A stretch of DNA of 64,000 bases from the NCBI GenBank assembly GCA_017455585.1, contig JAFSZU010000028.1, positions 3,220-67,219 of the forward strand. The letters are read 5' to 3'. Below are positions 55,383-62,450 of the stretch, in pieces. The DNA comes from Bacteroidaceae bacterium. Its GTDB lineage: Bacteria > Bacteroidota > Bacteroidia > Bacteroidales > Bacteroidaceae. A program made the position numbers and the translations under genes. Under the pieces are notes generated by a model. That model worked only from the letters and a program-made list of their open reading frames with translations. It was not told the origin of the DNA and made no database searches. Numbering within the stretch: position 1 is the first letter of the stretch; each line of letters begins with the position of its first letter.

Positions 55383-55658
55383 TTATTTATCATCATAATG
55401 CCCGTATGCAGTTAGCACAAGAACCACGACTTGCATATCATGAATTTCATAGACAAGACGGTGTTTCTTGGTGATGCTGCGTGACCACTGTCCCGCACGG
55501 TCACCACTAAGCTGGTGGGGATGACCTGTGCCAGTGCGTGGATGCTCCATGAGTTCTTTCAACAAATCACCCAATTTAGAGAAAGCCTTTGGTTCACTCT
55601 TCTTCAAGCGAGCCATTCCCTCTTGAGCCAAAGAGGTATAATCCAAGTCATAAATCAT
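55383..55658 (-). CDS. type II toxin, Txe/YoeB family
   Basis: ..LLKELMEHPRTGTGHPHQLSGDRAGQWSRSITKKHRLVYEIHD..VLTAYGHY parallels the E. coli YoeB core ([26 protein letters not shown]...HY). Confidence 0.75.
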   Translation of the reverse strand: MIYDLDYTSLAQEGMARLKKSEPKAFSKLGDLLKELMEHPRTGTGHPHQLSGDRAGQWSRSITKKHRLVYEIHDMQVVVLVLTAYGHYDDK

Positions 55659-55915
55659 AAGCTATTGAGAAAGGCTTCCAGCTCCTCATGTGAATGGATG
55701 GTCTTGTACTCTCCCCGCTCATACTGAGCTTTGGCACGGTCAACCTTCGCAAAGAACTCTTCCTTGGTCATCAGCGTAGGGTCTTGCTGTTTGGCAGCGG
55801 CACGCTCCCGCTCCACGTCGTGGATGAGGCGGTCTGCCAGCCACTTCTTGTTTCTCGTACTCAGCGACAGAGACTGCAGAAAGTCCCAGATGCCGTTCAT
55901 CGTAATCGTTGCCAT
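55655..55915 (-). CDS. putative antitoxin of the YoeB-like toxin
   Basis: Re-started at ATG 55915 (MATITMNGIWDFLQ...). 86 aa. It overlaps the toxin gene by 4 bp. Charged helical C-terminus. No family recognised. Confidence 0.45.
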   Translation of the reverse strand: MATITMNGIWDFLQSLSLSTRNKKWLADRLIHDVERERAAAKQQDPTLMTKEEFFAKVDRAKAQYERGEYKTIHSHEELEAFLNSL

Positions 55916-55919
55916 CTTT

Positions 55920-56573
55920 TTAATCTTTAATGTTTTGCAAATACTGAGCATAGCGGGCGATGTACTTGCCCAGGATGTCAAACTCCAGGTTCACCACGGT
56001 TCCCTCCTTGATGCTGTGGAAGTTGGTGTTGTCAAAGGTGTAGGGGATGATGCAGACAGCAAAAGCCCCTTTCCCGGTTCCTCCTGTGGGGGGGAGAGAC
56101 ATGGTGGGTCGGCAGACGGTCAGCGACACGCCATTGACACAGACAGAACCTTTATCTACGGTGAAGTAGCCGCGGGCGACCATCTCGGCGTCTGCATCAT
56201 ACTCAAAGGTGAACTCGTGGCTGCCCGCCTGGTCTTCCACACGGATGCAGCGCGCCGTCTGATCCACATGCCCCTGCACGATGTGGCCGTCCAGACGGCC
56301 TCCCATCTGCATGGAGCGTTCCACGTTCACTTCGTCGCCCACTTGCAGCAGACCCAGATTGGAGCGTTCCAGTGTCTCGCGCATGGCTGTAACCACATAG
56401 GTTCCAGCATCGAGGTCGATGCGCACCACGGTGAGGCACACGCCGTTGTGTGCAATGCTCTGGTCAACCTTCAGCTCGCTGGTGAAGGGACAACGGAGCG
56501 TAAAGTGCAGGTTGTCCTGCTCACGTTCTATAGCCACCACAGTGGCCGTGCTTTCTACAATTCCTGAGAACAT
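55920..56573 (-). CDS. ribE: riboflavin synthase (alpha chain)
   Basis: MFSGIVESTATVVAIE...SIAHNGVCLTVV...VNVERS...GHIVQGHVD...GVSLTV..IPYT. This is the duplicated lumazine-binding domain pattern. Confidence 0.85.
   Translation of the reverse strand: MFSGIVESTATVVAIEREQDNLHFTLRCPFTSELKVDQSIAHNGVCLTVVRIDLDAGTYVVTAMRETLERSNLGLLQVGDEVNVERSMQMGGRLDGHIVQGHVDQTARCIRVEDQAGSHEFTFEYDADAEMVARGYFTVDKGSVCVNGVSLTVCRPTMSLPPTGGTGKGAFAVCIIPYTFDNTNFHSIKEGTVVNLEFDILGKYIARYAQYLQNIKD
56062..56113. repeat. GC-rich element (degenerate) inside ribE CDS
   Basis: AGCCCCTTTCCCGGTTCCTCCTGTGGGGGGAGAGACATGGTGGGTCGGC. Confidence 0.5.
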
Positions 56574-56694
56574 ATATTAGTTGAGAGTTGGACAACAGAA
56601 ATAACGGAAAAGAAGCGGATTTGTTTCCGGGTATTTCAGATGGTTTCTGTGATTTCCGTTGTAGAGAGTTGAATGTATGATGAATATTTGCGTG

Positions 56695-56702
56695 CAAAGG
56701 TA
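56695..56702 (-). promoter_or_regulatory. Bacteroidota -7 box (TACCTTTG) upstream of ribE
   Basis: TAnnTTTG match about 120 nt upstream of ATG 56573. Confidence 0.35.
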
Positions 56703-56758
56703 CATATTTTTTATTTATTTGCGCGCAAAAAAAGAATTATTTATTGCATTGCTTTTGA

Positions 56759-56846
56759 ACGTGCGCACGTGAAGGCAATTGCGTGCGCACGTGATGCCGT
56801 TCACGTGCGCTCGTGAATGGCTTTGCGTGCGCTCGTGATTTTCGCA
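56759..56846. repeat. 22-bp phased tandem array (4 units) abutting stop codon of cstA
   Basis: RCGTGCGCNCGTGA.. units start at 56759, 56781, 56803 and 56825. The first unit is preceded by CTTTTGA, as at 45367. Confidence 0.85.
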
Positions 56847-56850
56847 TGGT

Positions 56851-58368
56851 TCAAGCCCTCTTTTCCTGTCCTTTGCACAATTTGATTTTCCACACCGTGA
56901 AGCGGATGAGGCAAGCGGTGGTGAGGACGGCGGCGATGATGAGGGAGGGTGTCTCTGGCAAGGATAGGGTGGTGGGGGAGGCCAGGAAGAAGTCTGTGAC
57001 CACCATGGTCATGAAGATGGCAGGCAGCAGTGTCAACATATATAGTTTATGTTCGCGCGCAAGATAGACAGTGCAGATCCACAGCGTGACGGCGGCCATG
57101 AGCTGTGTGCCCCATGCCACATACTGCCACACGGTGCTGAACCCTGAAGGATTGCCAATCTGCCAGGCCAGCAGGGCGATGCCCACGGCAAAGACGGGCA
57201 GCGAGAGCAACAGACGGGAGCGGGCGGTGGTCTGCTTCAGACCCAGGGCCTCGGTGAGAATCAGGCGGGCACTGCGGAACGAGCTGCCGCCCGTGGTGAT
57301 GGGGGCTGCCACCACACCGAGCAGGGCCAGGATGCTGCCGGCCAGTCCCAGCCACGAGGCACAGATGGTTGTGACCACCGTGGGCGCGTCGAAGAACTGG
57401 ATGAGCGAGCGGCCGTCGGCATGGCGGATGAGACCGTCGGCACCCGCGGTGAACTGCTGCACCAACTCGGGCGAGCAGACGTCCTTCCACCCGTCGGCAA
57501 AGAAGAAGTAGCTGGAGATGGTGGCCCAGACGAGTGCCACCAGACCCTCGGTGACCATGGCACCGTAGAAGATGGGGCGCCCCTGCCGCTCGCTCTTCAT
57601 GCAGCGCGCCATCATGGGCGACTGCGTGGCGTGGAAGCCGCTGACGGCTCCGCAGGCGATGGTGACAAAGAGGGCAGGGAAGAGGGGCTGCTTCAGACCC
57701 AGGTGTTCCGGTCCCCAGTTGCCCAGACCGTCCCAGACCTCGGGCAGCACGGGCTGCTTCCAGAACAGTACGACACCGATGGCAATCACCATGAAGAGCA
57801 TGGACAGCGCAAAAGCGGGATAGATCTTGCCGATGACCTTGTCGATAGGCATCATGGTGGTGGCCACGTAGTAGAGGAAGATGAGTACCACCCACATCAT
57901 CTTGTCGCCCCATATGCCGCTGAGGATGATGGCAGGACAATAGACAAAGAACGCGCCCACGAGCACCATCATCATCATCGTGAAGAGAATCATGCCCTTG
58001 CGCGCCATGCTGCCCAGATAGATGCCGGTGAGCTCGGCCTGTCCGCAGCCGTCGTGGCGCATGGACAGCATGCCGCTGATGTAGTCGTGCACCGCGCCGC
58101 CGAAGATGCAACCGAAGACAATCCACAGGTAGGCAGCAGGGCCGAACCACATGCCCATGATGGCACCGAAGATGGGGCCTGTGCCGGCAATGTTGAGGAA
58201 CTGAATCATGAAGATGCGCCAGGAGGGCAGGACGATGTAGTCCATCTTGTCGGCCTTGCGGATGGCAGGGGTCTCGCGGTCATCGGGACCGAAGATGCGT
58301 TCGGCCACGCGCCCGTAGAGGAGATAGCCCACGAAGAGGGCGATGACGCTGAGTGTAAAGGAAATCAT
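56851..58368 (-). CDS. cstA: carbon starvation protein A (peptide/pyruvate transporter family)
   Basis: Re-started at ATG 58368 (MISFTLSVIALFVGYLLYGRVAERIFGPDDRETPA..FGAIMG..). Polytopic. A TAACTTTG box lies 42 nt upstream. Confidence 0.85.
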   Translation of the reverse strand: MISFTLSVIALFVGYLLYGRVAERIFGPDDRETPAIRKADKMDYIVLPSWRIFMIQFLNIAGTGPIFGAIMGMWFGPAAYLWIVFGCIFGGAVHDYISGMLSMRHDGCGQAELTGIYLGSMARKGMILFTMMMMVLVGAFFVYCPAIILSGIWGDKMMWVVLIFLYYVATTMMPIDKVIGKIYPAFALSMLFMVIAIGVVLFWKQPVLPEVWDGLGNWGPEHLGLKQPLFPALFVTIACGAVSGFHATQSPMMARCMKSERQGRPIFYGAMVTEGLVALVWATISSYFFFADGWKDVCSPELVQQFTAGADGLIRHADGRSLIQFFDAPTVVTTICASWLGLAGSILALLGVVAAPITTGGSSFRSARLILTEALGLKQTTARSRLLLSLPVFAVGIALLAWQIGNPSGFSTVWQYVAWGTQLMAAVTLWICTVYLAREHKLYMLTLLPAIFMTMVVTDFFLASPTTLSLPETPSLIIAAVLTTACLIRFTVWKIKLCKGQEKRA

Positions 58369-58409
58369 TTTGAAGTGTCTTTGTTGTGGATTTGGTTGAA
58401 TTGCCGCCG

Positions 58410-58417
58410 CAAAGTTA
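58410..58417 (-). promoter_or_regulatory. Bacteroidota -7 box (TAACTTTG) for cstA
   Basis: TAnnTTTG match 42 nt upstream of ATG 58368. Confidence 0.5.
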
Positions 58418-58696
58418 CGGAAAAAGCTTGTAACAAACGAGGAATTTTGGAAATTCTTTGCAAGCAAAGCGTCCTTTTAGGCCGAGCGAGCGCAATTCGG
58501 GCTAAGAATATGCAAAAACGGGGTCGAATGAGTACGTCCGTCCATTATTTAACATCTTTTATGAGTAATCTTTCCGAGCGTTTTGCGTTATATAGACAGA
58601 ACGTTTTCGATAAGCCATGAGCAGAGCCAAACTTGCATGAACAATACCATGGCGAGAAAATGAAGGATGCAATCCTGTGACTTAAAGTGAAGACTT

Positions 58697-59641
58697 ATGA
58701 ACAAGGAACACAGCAACGAGCTTGAATTTGCTCAGATAGAGAAGCGGCTGCGCCCACGGCTGATGCAGATGGGGCGCGAGTTCTTCGGCTCCGACACCGA
58801 GGCCGAGGAGGTGGTGCAGGAAACGTGGCTGCGGGCATGGAGTGTCCGGGACAGGGTAGAGTTCACCGATGCCTACATCCTGCGCATTGCACGCAACGTC
58901 TGTGTCAGTATGTGGCGCGGACAGCGGGTACAAACGGAGTTGACAGATGAGGAAAGTGCCGCTATCACTGAGATTACACCACAGGAAGAAGTGGAGGAGC
59001 GCGAAAACTCCGAATGGTTGCAGTCGCGCCTCCAGCGTCTGCCCCAGGCCGAGCGCGAAGTGTGGCAGTTATTCTACGACGAGGGGCTGACCGTGGAGGA
59101 GATTGCCGAAGCGCGAGGTACGACGGTCGCCACTGTTCGTAAGACCATCAGCAACGTGCGCAACCGCTTGCGTAAAGACATACGCCGCCACTTCTTCGGA
59201 TTGCGTCATCTGCTCATCTTTATCATTATTGCACTGGCTACGGGTATAGCCGTAGCGGCCATTATCAGTCCGCGTGGCACGGTGCGCGGGGTCATAGAGA
59301 AAGTCTTCCACCTGCCCGAGGACACAACTATCTGCGATATCCCGGAAGTGATGCCCAGCTATCGTGGTGACGTTGATGCCCTATACAGGCACATCGCTTT
59401 CGAGATGCATTATCCCGATGCTGCGCAGGCCGATAGCGTGCAGGGGCGCGTCATCATCCGTTTCGTGGTTGAGAAGGACGGTAGGCTTACTAACTTTGAA
59501 GTAGTGCGCACACCTGACGACCGCCTCAGTGCCGAGGCCATCCGCGTCCTGCGTCTGACCGAGCCTTGGCAGCCCGCCCAGAATCAAGGTCGCCCTGTTC
59601 GCTGCCACTTCTGCGTGCCCGTCTCGTTTAGGTTAAGGTGA
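58697..59641 (+). CDS. fusion: ECF sigma factor (regions 2 and 4) + TM helix + TonB C-terminal domain
   Basis: Region 2 AEEVVQETWLRAWSVRD..ILRIARNVCVSMWR. Region 4 EREVWQLFYDEGLTVEEIAEARGTTVATVRKTISNVRNRL. TM helix LLIFIIIALATGIAVAAII. TonB_C-like PSYRGDVDALYRHIAFEMHYPDAAQADSVQGRVIIRFVVEKDGRLTNFEVV. Confidence 0.7.
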   Translation: MNKEHSNELEFAQIEKRLRPRLMQMGREFFGSDTEAEEVVQETWLRAWSVRDRVEFTDAYILRIARNVCVSMWRGQRVQTELTDEESAAITEITPQEEVEERENSEWLQSRLQRLPQAEREVWQLFYDEGLTVEEIAEARGTTVATVRKTISNVRNRLRKDIRRHFFGLRHLLIFIIIALATGIAVAAIISPRGTVRGVIEKVFHLPEDTTICDIPEVMPSYRGDVDALYRHIAFEMHYPDAAQADSVQGRVIIRFVVEKDGRLTNFEVVRTPDDRLSAEAIRVLRLTEPWQPAQNQGRPVRCHFCVPVSFRLR

Positions 59642-59697
59642 ATATATTTTTCATAAAGCAGTTATTTAGTAAACAGAAAGACCTATAGGCATCTTGG

Positions 59698-59736
59698 CCT
59701 CACTGCGTCGCGATGACACGGTGGGGCTTTTCTTTT
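59698..59736 (+). terminator. intrinsic terminator after sigma::TonB_C fusion gene
   Basis: CCTCAC-N17-GTGGGG followed by CTTTTCTTTT. Confidence 0.6.
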
Positions 59737-59962
59737 AACATCCCATTCACGGCAAACGGGCAGACTATTGGAACGAAATCCAATACACCGACATCTACAT
59801 TGAAGGACAGACCGCCACAGAATACCACACCATGCCGCACGGTTTCCAAGGTGAAAACGATTATCTGGTGGAGAAGTTTGCGCACACCAGAGAAGGTGCT
59901 TTTTGTGTCTTTTGGAAATCAAGGCACCCATCGTACAAGAGGGGTCATCTAAATAGTCTATA

Positions 59963-62242
59963 TCAGATAGTTTCTTTTTTGGGTTCCCGATACTCCGAAG
60001 GGGTGATGCCGAACATCTTCTTGAACTGCGTGGAGAAGTAGCGGGGAGTGGTGAAGCCTACGCGCTCGGAGATCTCGACGATGGAGAGGTCGGTGTCGGA
60101 TAGTAGGACGGCAGCACGTTTGAGGCGGACGCTGCGGATGAAGTCGTTGGGCGTGATGCCCAACATAGTCTGCATGCGCTTGTAGAGGTTGGTGCGTCCG
60201 AGAGCCACGTCGCGGGCCAGTTGGTCAACGCTGTATTCCGTGTTGTCGAGGTTCTGTTCTATGGCTTTCAGAAGCTGACCGACAAGGGCTTCTTCCTCGC
60301 TGTTGACACCAATCTTGGAGGCATCGATGCGTACGTTATCCACGAATTGCTTGCGGGCTTGCTCGCGCAATTCAAAGAGGTGGTTGACACGCTCCTCGGC
60401 TTCGGCTTCGAGGCGGGCCCGCTTCTTCTTCAAATAGAATTCTATAAGCCCTATAAGCCCCATTAGCCCTATAAGCCCATAAATCATCTTCATCCACCAG
60501 GTGAGCCACCATGGCGGGCGGATGGTGAAGGGTATGGACAGGGCTTCGCCCCATTCGCCTCCTGCGACAGAGGCTTGTGCCTCGAAGACGTATCGACCTG
60601 GCTGCAGAGCGTTATAGGAGGCCGTGGCAAGTCCCGTGCCGCTGCTGTCGTAGAGCCAGTCGCGGTCGAGACCAACAAGACGATAGCGGTAGATGGTATG
60701 TTCAGGAGCTGCGTAGTTGAGGGCGGAGAAACGGAAGGTGAGGTAGTTCTGGGAGTGGGGGAAAAGCCCCCTCCCGACCTCCCTTAAGGGGGAGGGGACT
60801 GGCTGCCCGTTAACCTCGAAGCTGACGAGGTGGACGGGAAACGTGGTCGAATCAGCTACGAACCACTCCGGACGAATGGTAACGAGACCCATGGTGTGCT
60901 GCACGAACACCAGGCGCCCATCGTCCAAGAGGGTTGCTGCCCGCTCATCCATCGAAACCTGTGGCACGCCGTCAGAAAGACCCAAATTCAGAATGGGAAA
61001 TGGCTCGTGAGCTCCAACCCTGCTGATTCCGCTTGATGAGCCTACCCATATATTGCCCTCCTTGTCCTCCACAAGGCTACGTATGCAGTTGTTAGCTAAC
61101 CCCTCCATACGAGTAACTTCAGCACAATTATGAATTATAAATTGTGAATTATGAATTAAAAAGAGTCCATTCTGTGTTCCGAGCCACAATCGTCCCTTGC
61201 TGTCTCGCAGGGCGCAGTTGTATTTTTCTGTCCAACGTGCTATCTCGCTTGCTGGGGCAAACTCGTTGATGCTGTCGTGCTTGACATCAAGCAGGAAGGC
61301 ACCGTTCTGGGAATACACCAACACATCATTCTCCGTCAATGGGCAGGCTCCCACAATCCAGCGATAGTTGGCCTCTATCTGTGGCAGTTTGCGGTTTAAG
61401 ACATCGAACGAAAGGGCTTCCGGGTCGAAATAGCCGAGGTTGTTGCCGTTGTTACAAAGCAACAATCGGCCGTCAGGCAACTCTGTGATAAACACAATCC
61501 GATTATGTACGAAGCCTGGGACGTTGTCTTGTCCGTAGCGTATGGCCCTGCTCTCAGGCCCCAGGAAGTCGGACTCGGAACGGCAGTAGAGACCATTCAT
61601 GGTGCATTGCCATGCTCGCCCCTGAGAGTCCTGCATATAGCGGGCAGCATGGAGCAGGCTATCATTGTGTCCGATATAGATGGCCTGCGGACGCGGCGGA
61701 CGGACGTAGAACAAGCCGTTGCCACGAGTGCCTATCCAGCGACCACCCTGTCGGTCGGTCATAGCATGTGCCACCTTCGACGCAGTTCCCAGACTATCAG
61801 CTAACTGCTGCCAAGAATCATCAGGACTCTCGTAAGTTCCCTCTCCGGCTACCAACTGGTTCAGTTGTTCTGACGTAAGGCGCGCTTCCACATCATAACG
61901 AAATGCCCTCTCACGCGCATCGAACAAATAAAGGTGATAGAAGTCGCGCAGCCACAGCAGCGAGTCACCTTGCCACAGATGGGCATAGCCGCCAAAATGT
62001 TCCAGCCGATATGTGCGACTGAGGTCACACGAGATTTCCCGGAATGTCTGACCGTCGAACATACAGAAAGCGCCCTCGCAGTTCACCAACACCTGCCCGT
62101 TCGGCAGTTCCACCACCTGGCGCACTTCGTTCGTGATGAGTCCGTCGCCCACCGTATAGTGATGCCACACGTTCTGTCCGAAAGACATAAGTGTGCAGCC
62201 GAAAGATAACAATGGAATAACAATGTATAGGAAGCGTCTCAT
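59963..62242 (-). CDS. one-component transmembrane sensor-regulator: periplasmic beta-propeller/Y_Y_Y domain + TM + AraC-type HTH (no kinase or receiver)
   Basis: Re-started at ATG 62242 (MRRFLYIVIPLLSF). Reg_prop-like repeats. Y_Y_Y block (YRYRLVGLDRDWLY..GRYVFEAQA). TM helix. C-terminal AraC HTH (ISERVGFTTPRYFSTQFKKMFGITPSEYR). Confidence 0.75.
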   Translation of the reverse strand: MRRFLYIVIPLLSFGCTLMSFGQNVWHHYTVGDGLITNEVRQVVELPNGQVLVNCEGAFCMFDGQTFREISCDLSRTYRLEHFGGYAHLWQGDSLLWLRDFYHLYLFDARERAFRYDVEARLTSEQLNQLVAGEGTYESPDDSWQQLADSLGTASKVAHAMTDRQGGRWIGTRGNGLFYVRPPRPQAIYIGHNDSLLHAARYMQDSQGRAWQCTMNGLYCRSESDFLGPESRAIRYGQDNVPGFVHNRIVFITELPDGRLLLCNNGNNLGYFDPEALSFDVLNRKLPQIEANYRWIVGACPLTENDVLVYSQNGAFLLDVKHDSINEFAPASEIARWTEKYNCALRDSKGRLWLGTQNGLFLIHNSQFIIHNCAEVTRMEGLANNCIRSLVEDKEGNIWVGSSSGISRVGAHEPFPILNLGLSDGVPQVSMDERAATLLDDGRLVFVQHTMGLVTIRPEWFVADSTTFPVHLVSFEVNGQPVPSPLREVGRGLFPHSQNYLTFRFSALNYAAPEHTIYRYRLVGLDRDWLYDSSGTGLATASYNALQPGRYVFEAQASVAGGEWGEALSIPFTIRPPWWLTWWMKMIYGLIGLMGLIGLIEFYLKKKRARLEAEAEERVNHLFELREQARKQFVDNVRIDASKIGVNSEEEALVGQLLKAIEQNLDNTEYSVDQLARDVALGRTNLYKRMQTMLGITPNDFIRSVRLKRAAVLLSDTDLSIVEISERVGFTTPRYFSTQFKKMFGITPSEYREPKKETI
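60442..60478. repeat. 10-bp tandem repeat (CTATAAGCCC) encoding part of the sensor's TM helix
   Basis: ctataagccctataagccccattagccctataagccc. Encodes GLIGLMGLIGLI. Confidence 0.65.
60765..60806. repeat. GC-rich hairpin element inside AraC-type sensor CDS
   Basis: AGCCCCCTCCCGACCTCCCTTAAGGGGGAGGGGACTGGCTGC. Confidence 0.7.
61126..61157. repeat. 32-bp AATTATGAATT-type module inside AraC-type sensor CDS
   Basis: aattatgaattataaattgtgaattatgaatt. Encodes ..LIHNSQFIIHN.. Confidence 0.7.
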
Positions 62243-62412
62243 GTCATTAATCCTTGGTTTGCAAGGGCAAAAGTAGTAAAAACCCTTTAATGGACAGCAT
62301 AAAAGCGTCCAAAATCGTACATGAAGCATCAAAAACCGTCCATTTTATCGATGTGAACGATTCTTTCGGGCTGTTTCGAACGCATGATGATTAAAAAAAC
62401 TATCTCATTTTC

Positions 62413-62420
62413 TACTTTTG
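62413..62420 (+). promoter_or_regulatory. Bacteroidota -7 box (TACTTTTG) for lyase gene
   Basis: TAnnTTTG match 31 nt upstream of ATG 62451. Confidence 0.5.
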
Positions 62421-62450
62421 CAGTGTCAAAACAACTTTAATCTCTAAAAA

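Noticed and set aside
56574-56700. FMN riboswitch expected upstream of ribE.
   Set aside because: The ~120-nt leader lacks the conserved FMN-element blocks I know and is too short. Only a simple AACGGAAA/TTTCCGTT hairpin is visible.
57047-58620. 367-aa minus-strand ORF (57047-58150) and 399-aa plus-strand ORF (57421-58620) overlapping cstA.
   Set aside because: They are in alternative frames or antisense to a clear CstA ORF. They are Arg/His/Gly-rich low-complexity translations.
59713-60041. Small plus-strand ORFs (59713-59952 and 59832-60041) between the sigma fusion and the sensor gene.
   Set aside because: They start inside or just after the terminator, have no promoter box or recognisable family, and the second overlaps the sensor's 3' end. 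They are probably non-coding.
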